Below, one piece after another: positions 29,089-38,264 of a DNA stretch of 64,000 bases. Position numbers and translations under genes: made by a program. Source of the stretch: an uncultured Planctomycetia bacterium (GTDB taxonomy: Bacteria > Omnitrophota > Gorgyraeia > Tantalellales > Tantalellaceae); assembly GCA_964527765.1 (NCBI GenBank), contig CAZGQR010000001.1:182353-246352 (forward strand). Reading direction: 5' to 3'. Positions within the stretch are counted from its first letter, which is position 1. Each line of letters opens with the position of its first letter. Below the pieces are notes generated by a model. It saw nothing but the letters and a program-made list of their open reading frames with translations. It was not told where the DNA came from and searched no databases.

Positions 29089-29742
29089 TTAACCTTTCCT
29101 GAGTCTTCCCACGATCTCTTCTGAATTTCGCAGGATGGCCGAGCGGACGTCTTCGGCGTCCGTCAAGGACCGAAGGACCTCGTCTATTCTCTTCGGAGTG
29201 AGGATATCTTCCGGAGAATGCGCATCCGTATTCAAGACCAGTTTGGCTCCCGTTCCGGCCGAGATATCGAAGACGTGCCTGTTCGCATCAGAATGCCCCC
29301 TGCGGGATGTTATCTCGAGATAGACCCCTTTCTCCGCGGCAAGGGACGCATCCTCTTCGGAGATGAATCCCGGATGAGCAAGTATATCCGCGCCGGCCTG
29401 AATAGCGGCGGAGTTGGTCCCGGGAAGCACGGGTTCGACCGGGGATTCGCCGTGTGCGATCACTATCCCGGCGCCTTTCTTTCGCGCGCGCTTTACAAGC
29501 TCGGCGAAGGTCTCCACCGGGACATGCGTGATCTCCACGCCGGGTATCACGAAAATGTCCCAGTACCTGTTCAGCACTTTTGATACCCTGACCAGGCTAT
29601 CAAGCACCGCGTCGATATTCGAATGATCGACATGGTCGGTCAGGGCTATCGCGCTGTGCCCGGCAACGTGCGCGCGCCTTACAAGTTCGCTGGGGATAAG
29701 CTCCCCGTCGCTGAGGATCGTATGGGTGTGCAGGTCTATCAT
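29089..29742 (-). CDS. PHP-domain phosphoesterase (histidinol-phosphatase-like family)
   Basis: DLHTH, TDH, GVEITH, AHPG, NTDAH. Confidence 0.88.
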   Translation of the reverse strand: MIDLHTHTILSDGELIPSELVRRAHVAGHSAIALTDHVDHSNIDAVLDSLVRVSKVLNRYWDIFVIPGVEITHVPVETFAELVKRARKKGAGIVIAHGESPVEPVLPGTNSAAIQAGADILAHPGFISEEDASLAAEKGVYLEITSRRGHSDANRHVFDISAGTGAKLVLNTDAHSPEDILTPKRIDEVLRSLTDAEDVRSAILRNSEEIVGRLRKG

Positions 29743-29786
29743 CCGCGTCTCCGTGCGTTATTCAAAAACGGCATTCATGTTTTTAC

Positions 29787-29948
29787 AGATCACTGTTTGA
29801 GCTGTTTGGAACGGGGCATCGAAAGGCTGAGCGGGCACGGTTCCCGAAGGCCTGAAAGGCCTGAGGGAGAGCGAAGACTTTCGCTGAGTCCGATTCTCAC
29901 GCTGGGAGAATCGGACGTCCCCGTGAAAAACAGCTCAAACAGTGATCT
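29787..29948. repeat. Structured palindromic element, copy A
   Basis: 21-bp perfect terminal inverted repeat with internal hairpins; near-identical to 31004-31158. Confidence 0.9.
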
Positions 29949-29967
29949 AAAAGATCCAAATCCTGAC

Positions 29968-30228
29968 TTATCTTGTCAGCTTGTTGTATAAAAGGGCGAA
30001 GATCGCGCAGCCGATACCGGCATCAAAAAAACCATAGACCGCGCCTATCACGCTTCCTATCGGGGTAAGCTCGTAGCCGACATAATACGTCTTGCCGATA
30101 TACTGGGCGACGTCTCCGGAAACGCTCAAGGTCCCCGGGAACTGCATGACCCACCATGTGAGAATGAACATGGAGGCCCCCCACAGGATCCCGCCCGCCA
30201 GAGCAAAAGCCCTTACATTCAGTTTCAT
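29968..30228 (-). CDS. Small 2-TM membrane protein (similar proteins are often labelled holin-like)
   Basis: AAAGGAG RBS; two glycine-rich TM helices; ends LYNKL. Confidence 0.7.
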   Translation of the reverse strand: MKLNVRAFALAGGILWGASMFILTWWVMQFPGTLSVSGDVAQYIGKTYYVGYELTPIGSVIGAVYGFFDAGIGCAIFALLYNKLTR

Positions 30229-30337
30229 CTTGTTCTCCTTTCGCTTTTTTTCTAAAGCCGACTGCGGTCAGAGCCCGGGGCGCCGGCCGCTTCCTCATAA
30301 GGTCAAGTATAAGAATATTTCGCAAAAATTCAAGCCC

Positions 30338-30955
30338 TCAGCCTGTCCCCCGAACCCTGAGATCCTCCAGCCAGCTGTTCAATCCCTCGGAAAACCTGGA
30401 GAGTTCCAGTTTTTCCGGCAGACTGTAACTGAGCAGCTTTTCCCTGAACGCCTTTTCCCTTTCGCGGACATCCCCATGAACAGATTCTTCCAGCGGCTTT
30501 ACGGCGTTTATGAGGTCGCTTTTTCCGTCCCAACTTTCGTTCACCGGAAACCCGGCTTTCTTCAGGGGCAGATCCCACGTGGCATCCACCAGGACCCACC
30601 TGTCCTCAATGAACGCTTTGCACGCCAGATGATACGTTACCGGTATCTTGTCCGCCTGTTCTTTCAGCTCCGCAGGATAATCCGCGCCCAGCTCACTCCA
30701 CCTGAACGAATAAGTGCAATATCTGACCGCCACGCCGATCCTCTGGTACATCATTCCCAGCAGGTGATGTTTCGGCACGCAAAACCCCTTATTTCGGAAC
30801 AGCATCTCTCCGGGGCCCTTTTTAAGACTGAAAAGTTCCAGCACTATGGCAAAAGGGATGTCCCTTATTCTCTCGAATATCCTTATCCTGCTCTCTTCGG
30901 GAGGCAACCCTTCAGTCCACTCCTCAAATTTTTTTTCAACTATGTCTTTGTTCAT
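30338..30955 (-). CDS. Transglutaminase-like cysteine protease fold protein
   Basis: IRDIPF, GFCVPKH (Cys), YH (His), VDATWD (Asp) triad. Confidence 0.8.
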   Translation of the reverse strand: MNKDIVEKKFEEWTEGLPPEESRIRIFERIRDIPFAIVLELFSLKKGPGEMLFRNKGFCVPKHHLLGMMYQRIGVAVRYCTYSFRWSELGADYPAELKEQADKIPVTYHLACKAFIEDRWVLVDATWDLPLKKAGFPVNESWDGKSDLINAVKPLEESVHGDVREREKAFREKLLSYSLPEKLELSRFSEGLNSWLEDLRVRGTG

Positions 30956-31003
30956 AGGCCTAAGTTATGAATTATATAGGGGCTAGATAAAGCTATGCTA
31001 AGA

Positions 31004-31158
31004 TAGATGTTTGAACTGTTTGGAGCGGGGCATCGAAAGGCCGAGCGGGCACGGTTCCCGAAGGCCCGAAGGGCCTGAGGGAGAGCGAGGACTTTCGCTG
31101 AGTACGATTTTCTCGCCGGGAAAATCGGACGTCCCCGCGAAAATAGCTCAAACATCTA
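31004..31158. repeat. Structured palindromic element, copy B
   Basis: Same orientation as copy A, with compensatory base changes in the stems. Confidence 0.9.
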
Positions 31159-31933
31159 ATTTATCCTCCTTAATGGCTTTTTCGAACACCTTCAGCCAGA
31201 ACAGGAGAGGATATATTACGTGAAGAACGGACCAGATAAGGCCGTAAACGCCGTCCCTGTATCCGCGGTGCTTGATATAATGCTTATAAAACAATTTGAG
31301 GGACCTGTGCAGCAGCCGCTTTTTCAGAAATCCGCTTTTTTCAAAGCCCCGGGCATCAAGGTACGCAGCCGCCTCGGTATCGGTATAGCGGTTCCATCGC
31401 GCGATAACCTCGCCTATGGAATCAAAATTATAATGAAGCACATCCGCCTTTATATCCCCGATCTTGCCGTCAACCCTTAATGTCTCGTGTACTTTACTCC
31501 CCACATAACGGGCTCTTTTTTTTCTGAACAGTTTCACGCCCTTCCCCTGCATTGAATTGCGGAGAGGGACGCCGAACACGCAGTCACGCCGGATCAGCGT
31601 AAAGGCATCGTGGTCTCCCTTTCGCTCGATCGCCCGCCGTATCGCGTCGCGGGTCCCGGGGGTGACCTCCTCGTCGGCATCCATTTGCAGTATCCATTCT
31701 CCGGAGGCAGCTTCAATGCCTATATTGCGCTGGTTGTCGAAATTCAGGCCGGACCGATTGACGATGACCTTTGCCCCGTATTCCCCGCGCGCTATGGCCG
31801 CCGTATTATCCGTTGATTCGTCATCGACCACAACGGTCTCTGTCGCCAGGCCCCGCACGGAATCAAGGCACCGGCGTATCTTCTTTTCTTCATTTCTGGT
31901 TATGACAACAGCCGAAAGCGATAGTTCGCCCAT
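31148..31933 (-). CDS. Glycosyltransferase family 2 (WaaE/KdtX-like)
   Basis: VITRNEE, DDESTD, QRN, MDADE, VHE, GYRDG; start taken at MGELSLS (AAAGGA RBS). Confidence 0.9.
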   Translation of the reverse strand: MGELSLSAVVITRNEEKKIRRCLDSVRGLATETVVVDDESTDNTAAIARGEYGAKVIVNRSGLNFDNQRNIGIEAASGEWILQMDADEEVTPGTRDAIRRAIERKGDHDAFTLIRRDCVFGVPLRNSMQGKGVKLFRKKRARYVGSKVHETLRVDGKIGDIKADVLHYNFDSIGEVIARWNRYTDTEAAAYLDARGFEKSGFLKKRLLHRSLKLFYKHYIKHRGYRDGVYGLIWSVLHVIYPLLFWLKVFEKAIKEDKLDV

Positions 31934-32014
31934 ATCTTCCTGTCCTTTCCTTATGTCCCTGAACAGTGTATACTTGGGATAATGCCGTACCGGTTCATCG
32001 CGCGGGAGATAAAA

Positions 32015-32182
32015 ATGAAAAAGTGGTCCGTTTTTGAAAAAATGTCCATAGCGGAATTTTCCATTTTCCTGATCATAGTCGTCACCCTCATACTGGCCCT
32101 TATATACTTCATATTTTTCAGAGAGATGGACAGGGAGCTCAGGACCATAGAAATCCGGCAAACGGGCATGCCTATAAGATAA
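32015..32182 (+). CDS. Small single-TM protein (55 aa)
   Basis: GGGAG RBS; fills the gap between the GT2 and kinase genes; one hydrophobic helix. Confidence 0.55.
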   Translation: MKKWSVFEKMSIAEFSIFLIIVVTLILALIYFIFFREMDRELRTIEIRQTGMPIR

Positions 32183-32232
32183 ATCCCCGGGCAGAGAATC
32201 TTCTCCGGAGGAATGGACAAGAAGCATCGCCT

Positions 32233-34539
32233 TCAAGCGGCCGGCAAAAAGAATGAGAAAGTGCTTCCTTCTCCGTATTTCGACCTGCCCCAGATCCTGC
32301 CCCCGTGCTGCTCAACGATCTTCTTGGATATTACAAGCCCGAGTCCCGTGCCTCTGGTCTTTCCTCCTCTTGTATCGACAAGCTGGGTAAAACTCTGAAA
32401 AAGTTTATCCTTTTCCTTTTCCCTTATCCCGACACCGGTATCTTTTACCGAGACTCGTATCCCGCCCGCGGCTTTAGCGGTCATGATCGTAACACGGCCT
32501 TTATCTGTGAATTTTATGGCGTTACCCACCAGATTCATCAGGACCTGCGTGATCCTGTCCGTGTCGAATTTCAGTTCCGGCAGGTCTTTTGCCAGGCGAA
32601 CGCTGAGCTTTATCCCCTTCTCTTCCGCCAGCGATGACATTTCCCTTCCGATCTCTCCTGCCAGCTTGTTGATATTCCATTCTCTCATATCAAAGCTCAT
32701 TTTCCCGGCGACAAGTTTCTGGTAATCCAGGACATCGTTTATCAGGCGGTCCAGTCTCTCGACGTTCTTTCGCGTGATGTCAAAAAACTTCTTCTGCTCG
32801 GGGCTGATGTCCTTGCCCAGTTTGCTCATCGCGATAAAAACGCTTTCCTTGATGATGGCAAGAGGCGTCCTGAGCTCGTGAGACACGGTATTGACGAATT
32901 CATCCTTGAGCTGTTCCAGCCTCCTGCGTTCCGTAACATCATTGAAAAATCCGAGCAAATAGTTCTTTCCCCCCAGTATTATCGGGGCCGCGTTGATATC
33001 GGCATAAAAAATGCTGCCGTCCTTTCTCTTCACCGGCATGTTCCTGCTCATCATGATCTTGCCGCCGGCCAACTTCTCGAACTGGTCCAGAGCGTGGGGC
33101 AGGTCTTCCCGGGCGTGAATATCTTCGACCTTCAATTCCTTGAATTCCCTTTCGCTATAGCCCGTCATCTGGCAAAACTTCCTATTCACCATGTAGGTCT
33201 CTCTGGTCTCCACGTCCACGACATACATTCCGATGTTCGCGTTGTCGCAAATGACCCTGAATCTCTGTTCGGATTCCCTGAGTATCTCTTCAGCTTTCTT
33301 GCGTTCAGTGATATCCCTATCAATGCCCCTGTACCCTCTCAACTTGCCCTCTTCGTCAAAAAGAGGAATTCCGCTTGTCTCTAAAACCACCAGGTATCCC
33401 TTTTTATGGCGGTTTATATTCTCCATCCCATGGAACGGCACCTTTTTCCCGGCCTTTTCCCTGAAAAATCTGCTCGTTTTCTTCGCATCTTCTTTAAGCA
33501 TGAAATCAAACGGGGTTCTACCCAGCACCTCATCGACCTCATAGCCCAATATATCTCTGACCTTAGGGCTGGCATAAGTATATACGCCGTTCTTGTCCAC
33601 TTCCCATATCCAGTCGGAAATGCTTTCGGTCAGGTCCCTGAATTTTTGTTCGGACTCTTTCAGCGCTTTTTCTGTTTTCTTGCGTTCAGTGATGTCCGAT
33701 TGCACTGAAATGCTGTGAAGTATCTTCCCGCCGGCACCCCTGACAGCGTTGACGTTAAGCAGGACGGTCCTCTTCTCGCCGGTCCTGGTGATTATATCCA
33801 GTTCCTCGTTCTCTATCTTTCCTTTTCTTTTCCAGCGCTTGAACAGTTTTCTGGCTTTTTCGCGGGAGGACGGCGCGTAAACAGTCGTGATGAGAGACCT
33901 GCCGAGGACCTCCTCTTTTGCATACCCGAGTGTTTTCAGGGCGACCTTGTTGACGTCCAGTATTTTTCCTTCGAGAGAGATCATATAGCAGTAGTCGGGA
34001 TCGTTCTCAAAAAAACGTCTGAATTTTTCCTCACTCTCCCTCAATGCTTCTTCCGTCCTCTTGAGCCCGGTGACATCCTGGACAAAAACCAGCACCTTTC
34101 TTTCTCCGTTCTCTTCCAGCGGCACCCCGGTGAAATTCCTGTAGGTGGTCTTTTTCCCGATATAAGAAGTGTATTTGACCGGCCCCATCCGGAAATACTT
34201 TCCCTTGAACCCTGCCCTTATCTTGTCAGAGAGCCCGAGCTCCTTATAGGGCGGCAGCTTAAGCAGGTCAAGGCCCATGAATACCTTGCGGGGGTCTCCC
34301 GCTATCCTGAGCATGGCGGGGTTCACGTACTCGACCTTGCCTTTTTTGCTGATTATATACACGCCGAAGGGGGCCTTCTCTATGGTATCCCGATACGTCT
34401 TGTAGGCTTTTCTGAGTTTTTTTTCCGCCAGCCGGTGCCTGAATTCGCACTTCTCAAGCTCAGCTACCTGCCGACGCAATGACCGTATCCGCTTGGCGGG
34501 ACCCTTACGTCTCTTTCTGCCTTTGCCTGTCTTTTTCAT
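32233..34539 (-). CDS. Cytoplasmic multi-PAS sensor histidine kinase
   Basis: Four PAS/PAC units (DVT/DITERK), SHELRTPL, NLVGNAIKF, DTGVGI, GTGLGL. Confidence 0.95.
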   Translation of the reverse strand: MKKTGKGRKRRKGPAKRIRSLRRQVAELEKCEFRHRLAEKKLRKAYKTYRDTIEKAPFGVYIISKKGKVEYVNPAMLRIAGDPRKVFMGLDLLKLPPYKELGLSDKIRAGFKGKYFRMGPVKYTSYIGKKTTYRNFTGVPLEENGERKVLVFVQDVTGLKRTEEALRESEEKFRRFFENDPDYCYMISLEGKILDVNKVALKTLGYAKEEVLGRSLITTVYAPSSREKARKLFKRWKRKGKIENEELDIITRTGEKRTVLLNVNAVRGAGGKILHSISVQSDITERKKTEKALKESEQKFRDLTESISDWIWEVDKNGVYTYASPKVRDILGYEVDEVLGRTPFDFMLKEDAKKTSRFFREKAGKKVPFHGMENINRHKKGYLVVLETSGIPLFDEEGKLRGYRGIDRDITERKKAEEILRESEQRFRVICDNANIGMYVVDVETRETYMVNRKFCQMTGYSEREFKELKVEDIHAREDLPHALDQFEKLAGGKIMMSRNMPVKRKDGSIFYADINAAPIILGGKNYLLGFFNDVTERRRLEQLKDEFVNTVSHELRTPLAIIKESVFIAMSKLGKDISPEQKKFFDITRKNVERLDRLINDVLDYQKLVAGKMSFDMREWNINKLAGEIGREMSSLAEEKGIKLSVRLAKDLPELKFDTDRITQVLMNLVGNAIKFTDKGRVTIMTAKAAGGIRVSVKDTGVGIREKEKDKLFQSFTQLVDTRGGKTRGTGLGLVISKKIVEQHGGRIWGRSKYGEGSTFSFFLPAA

Positions 34540-34547
34540 CGTCCCCC

Positions 34548-34895
34548 TTATTCCACAGCGGACGCCTTCTTTAAGGCGTCGTTAACGGCCCTTTTGAGGT
34601 TCTCACTGCTTACGGTGGCGCCGGTCACGGCATCAACGTCCGTCGATTGTTCACGTATGATCTCGTCGATAAGGGGCATTACCATCTCAGCGTACTCCTC
34701 GCCGCCGCCCCCGTGCCTGATCATTTTGATGTCAGCGATCCTGCCGTTTTCTACCGTAACGGCAACCGTTACGAAAGAATACTTCCCCTCATAGTTGCCG
34801 TCCCTGAGCCGATCTTCAGCCCCGCACAGGGCAATACAGGAAAATAAGACAGCCGCTGCTATAAAGCTGAGGCTGGAAAGCCTGAAACCGGTCAT
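34548..34895 (-). CDS. Exported FMN-binding domain protein
   Basis: Signal peptide; VDAVTGATVSS flavinylation-type motif. Confidence 0.88.
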   Translation of the reverse strand: MTGFRLSSLSFIAAAVLFSCIALCGAEDRLRDGNYEGKYSFVTVAVTVENGRIADIKMIRHGGGGEEYAEMVMPLIDEIIREQSTDVDAVTGATVSSENLKRAVNDALKKASAVE

Positions 34896-34969
34896 AGCGA
34901 GGCTCCTTTCTTGCCTGAATGATACCGCGCCTGCTGCCGCACTGCGCGCAGAATATCTTTGATCCGTCG

Positions 34970-35299
34970 TTACTTCCCGGGCTTCGCTCCTGCCATCTGT
35001 TCCTGAACGGCCATCGCATCCTGGGCTTTTCTGATCAGTGTTTTGGCTTCCTTGGAATTAGCGTCCACGTTCCGCAGGACATACTGGGACAGGTTGATCG
35101 TTCCCTGAAAATCCTTGGAATCCAGAAAAAGCTGCGCCTGCTTCAGCAGGTAATCCGTTTTCTTCTCCGCCGTGTTTATCGTCTGGGCTTTCTTGACAGC
35201 ATCCTGGATCGTCGCGGCTTTTCTCGGACGATAATAGCTTATCAGCGCGAGGCCGACGACCAGGCACAACGCTATAACAATAACTACGATCTTTTTCAT
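34970..35299 (-). CDS. Hypothetical membrane-anchored helical protein
   Basis: N-terminal TM; AAGGA RBS. Confidence 0.65.
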   Translation of the reverse strand: MKKIVVIVIALCLVVGLALISYYRPRKAATIQDAVKKAQTINTAEKKTDYLLKQAQLFLDSKDFQGTINLSQYVLRNVDANSKEAKTLIRKAQDAMAVQEQMAGAKPGK

Positions 35300-35357
35300 G
35301 CGATCCTTCCTTTCATTGAAAAATTAACGGCCTGTTTCTCTTTTCTATCCCGACAAA

Positions 35358-35726
35358 CTACTCAACATAAACATAAATGGCGTTCCTTCTGCCCTCTCTC
35401 ATGTTATACTCGACCCTCACATCGTCCCCTTCCTCGATCTCCCTCGTGGACCCCACGTTGTCGAGCTCAGCGCTTGGATCAATAGAATACGTAACATCCT
35501 CATTCCTGCCGGTATCAGCATTGTATTCGTTCAGGGTGATCCTGTCCGGGGACACGCCTACTACTGTACCATACGCGTAGCCGGTCTCCTTCTGGATGTC
35601 CCGGGTATATTCAATATTCTTCTGCGTGAAATCGACCTCTTCGTCTTCCCGGCTGAAAGATGCCGTCTGAAAAAGCCCCGCCGCAAGCATCAGCGCCAAA
35701 AAACAAACGAGAAGCGTTTTTCGCAT
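35358..35726 (-). CDS. Hypothetical secreted beta-rich protein
   Basis: Signal peptide; GGAG RBS. Confidence 0.7.
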   Translation of the reverse strand: MRKTLLVCFLALMLAAGLFQTASFSREDEEVDFTQKNIEYTRDIQKETGYAYGTVVGVSPDRITLNEYNADTGRNEDVTYSIDPSAELDNVGSTREIEEGDDVRVEYNMREGRRNAIYVYVE

Positions 35727-35743
35727 TTCTGTTTTTCTCCATT

Positions 35744-35789
35744 AAAAAAAACAAGGGACGGTCCCGGCCGTTTCCGAACCCGTCCCTTC
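35744..35789 (-). terminator. Intrinsic terminator
   Basis: GAAGGGACGGGTTC...GGACCGTCCCTTG followed by T8 on the minus strand. Confidence 0.8.
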
Positions 35790-35806
35790 AAATCTTAAAT
35801 ACCGCG

Positions 35807-36091
35807 TTATTCCGTTTTTTCCGGAGCTTCGCTTTTTTCCGCTTTCAGGGCCTCTTTCTCTTTCACAAGCTCCTGATACTTTGCCTGCAATGTCTTGTTC
35901 GCGGCCGTGAGCCTGGCGACCTGCGCCTCGAGGTCCTTGCTCTTCTTCTTAAGCGCATCATTCTCTTTTTGCGCCTGGCTGAACTTGTCCGTGAGCGCCT
36001 GATGCTCGCTCTTCGGCACTCCGCAGCCGACGAGTACAAACACCACTGCGACCAGCACCGCGTATTGGGCAGCGCGCATCATGTTCCTCAT
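35807..36091 (-). CDS. Small coiled-coil lipoprotein
   Basis: Lipobox LVGC, heptad pattern, AAGGAGG RBS. Confidence 0.78.
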   Translation of the reverse strand: MRNMMRAAQYAVLVAVVFVLVGCGVPKSEHQALTDKFSQAQKENDALKKKSKDLEAQVARLTAANKTLQAKYQELVKEKEALKAEKSEAPEKTE

Positions 36092-36194
36092 CTTGCCTCC
36101 TTGTTTTTCGTTCTTACAAACAGCTGTCTGCAGCCTGTCTTATTAGAAATATACCCCAGAAAGAAAAATTTGCAAGGCCATTATGAAAGCGGGC

Positions 36195-37088
36195 TTAAAT
36201 CAGTCCCCTGAAACCGATCCCCCGATAGATCACCAGGTGATCCTGCAGCTGTACCAGCGGCCTTTTTTTCCGCCAGAACCTCTTATAAACGAACTCCGTG
36301 ATCTCCTCTTTCTGGCTCGCGTTATATCTGTGCACGTCCGGATAAAGAAGGATCATCCAGACTACCGCCATGAATTTTCCGAAATCGTCCACGAAAAACC
36401 GGACATGATTGGTCTTTGAAAGCATCTGAGCCCTGTTGAAAAGACGCCTGTTCTCCAGCTCTTTTTTAAACTTAAGAAGGTCCTGATCGTTACGGTGCCC
36501 GAAGAACTTCCCGGCAAAATGATTATAAAGCCCGGTGGTGGTGTGCTCACTCTTGCCCCTTGCCCCCATAAGCACGGCATGTATCGCCCCCCTGGGCGCC
36601 AGGATCCTCCGGTACAGGTTCTCAAAGATCGTGTGCCACATCTCCTCTTCGCAATAATAAAGAGAGTGGTGAAGGGTGATGAGGTTCACTCTCTTCCCGT
36701 CAAGTTTATCTTTAAGAAAACCTTCTGTTTTCCGGGAATCCGGAAAGACTTTATTATAATCATCGCGTATGGTCACGACATGATCCGTACGCTGCCTGGT
36801 GATGCGCTCCCTGACAGCGTCAAGCGCCTCCCTGTCCACATCGAACAGATAAAGCCCTCCGCGGAACGCGGTCTCCAGGATCCGGAACTGCGGTTCATCG
36901 CTGGACCCGATCGAAAGAGCCCTCATGGTCTTCGATAAAGCAAAGGCCTTGTTCAGCGTCCTTATGACCCCGGCGAGCTGTTCCCCTATATCGACCTTGT
37001 CGTTGCTGTAACGGGACCATATTTTTCCTTCTTCATACAATTTGGAATCAGCGGCTCTGATCCCGGCCTCGATGATATTCCTGTTCAT
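36195..37088 (-). CDS. Putative class I SAM-dependent methyltransferase
   Basis: LSIGSS motif I variant, LFDVD, HSLYY, LAPRG. Confidence 0.6.
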   Translation of the reverse strand: MNRNIIEAGIRAADSKLYEEGKIWSRYSNDKVDIGEQLAGVIRTLNKAFALSKTMRALSIGSSDEPQFRILETAFRGGLYLFDVDREALDAVRERITRQRTDHVVTIRDDYNKVFPDSRKTEGFLKDKLDGKRVNLITLHHSLYYCEEEMWHTIFENLYRRILAPRGAIHAVLMGARGKSEHTTTGLYNHFAGKFFGHRNDQDLLKFKKELENRRLFNRAQMLSKTNHVRFFVDDFGKFMAVVWMILLYPDVHRYNASQKEEITEFVYKRFWRKKRPLVQLQDHLVIYRGIGFRGLI

Positions 37089-37255
37089 GATTCCTTGAAC
37101 ACCAGAACCGTTGCGCTCAGGAACAATGCTATGAACGCTACAATAGAAACCCGCGATACTTCGCTGACAAAAACATACATGGATACCAGGTGTGCCGCCT
37201 CAGCGATCACTTCTGCCGCAAAAACTATACCGATAACCATCAGCCATTTCTTCAT
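37085..37255 (-). CDS. Small 2-TM protein (56 aa), not in the ORF track
   Basis: MKKWLMVIGIVFAAEVIAEAAHLVSMYVFVSEVSRVSIVAFIALFLSATVLVFKES*; AAAGGA RBS; ATGA coupling to the next gene. Confidence 0.7.
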   Translation of the reverse strand: MKKWLMVIGIVFAAEVIAEAAHLVSMYVFVSEVSRVSIVAFIALFLSATVLVFKES

Positions 37256-37311
37256 TGCTGTTTCCTTTCGTTAAACCTTGATGTTCCCCGTTCCGGGGGG
37301 ATTTTAAGAAG

Positions 37312-37388
<77 letters not shown>

Positions 37389-37397
37389 ACGAGGCCC

Positions 37398-38261
37398 CTA
37401 CCGTCTTCTTTTCTTTCGCTTCTTCGCTTTCTTCGTGAGCCGTGCTTCCGCTTCTTTTTCCTGTTCTTCCATCATCTTGCGCAGCTTCACCATGCACGTC
37501 GCCTCGATCTGCCTGACCCTTTCGCGGGTGATGCCGAAATGCTTGGCAGTATCCCTGAGAGTATGCGCAACGCCGTCCTTGCCGAGCCCGAACCTTAACT
37601 GTAATATCTTTTTCTCGCGCGGGGACATCTTCTCCAGAAGGCCTTCGATCCTCTCGTGGAGGAGGAATTTAGAAAGCTCGTCAACGGAAGTGACGATACT
37701 CTCATCCTCGATAAGGTCCATGAATTCGGAGTCCCCTGATTCTCCGATGGGAGCGTTCAGGCTGGAGATATTCGATGCCATGTGGTTGAGCTGCCGGATG
37801 CGGGATACCGGCATCTTCATCTTCTTGGCTATGTCGCTCAGCTGCGGGGTTTTCTTCTGCTTCTGCAAAAGCTGTTTCTTCACCTTCTGGAATCGCATGA
37901 GCATTTCCATGACATACACGGGTATGCGGACGGTCTTACCCTGATTCGCCACGGCTCTTGTGATAAACTGCTTGATCCACCACGCGGCATAAGTGCTGAA
38001 GCGGTATCCCTTGTCCGGATCATACTTGGTAACGGCCTTCATCAGGCCCAGGTTGCCTTCCTCTATAAGGTCCAACATGGGAACGCCCAGGTAACTGTAT
38101 TTCTTCGCGATATTGATGACCAGCCGCAGGTTGCTCTTGATCATCCGCTGCCGGGCCTTCTTATCGCCTCTCCTGACCTTTTTTGCAAGCTCTTTTTCCT
38201 CTTCGGCCGTAAGGAGCGGCAGGTCTCGTATGTCTTTCAGGTAAAGTTTTATCGCTTCCAT
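37398..38261 (-). CDS. RpoD/RpoS-family sigma70 factor lacking region 1.1
   Basis: YLKDI, NLRLV, DLIEEGNLGL, FSTYAAWWI, TRERVRQIE. Confidence 0.92.
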   Translation of the reverse strand: MEAIKLYLKDIRDLPLLTAEEEKELAKKVRRGDKKARQRMIKSNLRLVINIAKKYSYLGVPMLDLIEEGNLGLMKAVTKYDPDKGYRFSTYAAWWIKQFITRAVANQGKTVRIPVYVMEMLMRFQKVKKQLLQKQKKTPQLSDIAKKMKMPVSRIRQLNHMASNISSLNAPIGESGDSEFMDLIEDESIVTSVDELSKFLLHERIEGLLEKMSPREKKILQLRFGLGKDGVAHTLRDTAKHFGITRERVRQIEATCMVKLRKMMEEQEKEAEARLTKKAKKRKKRRR

Positions 38262-38264
38262 TTG

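Noticed and set aside
29787-29948. Hammerhead ribozyme within the repeat element (CTGA-GTCCG...CGGAC)
   Set aside because: It lacks the CUGANGA core and the GAAA after stem II.
31934-32236. N-terminal extension of the GT2 ORF in the track (likewise for PhoH2, guaB, sigma and the GH113-like gene)
   Set aside because: Better SD-associated starts exist downstream, and the extensions overlap other features.
33296-33700. Repeated TTCTTGCGTTCAGTGAT in the kinase as a DGR-like or recombination repeat
   Set aside because: It encodes the conserved DITERK end of successive PAS/PAC domains, and no reverse transcriptase is present.
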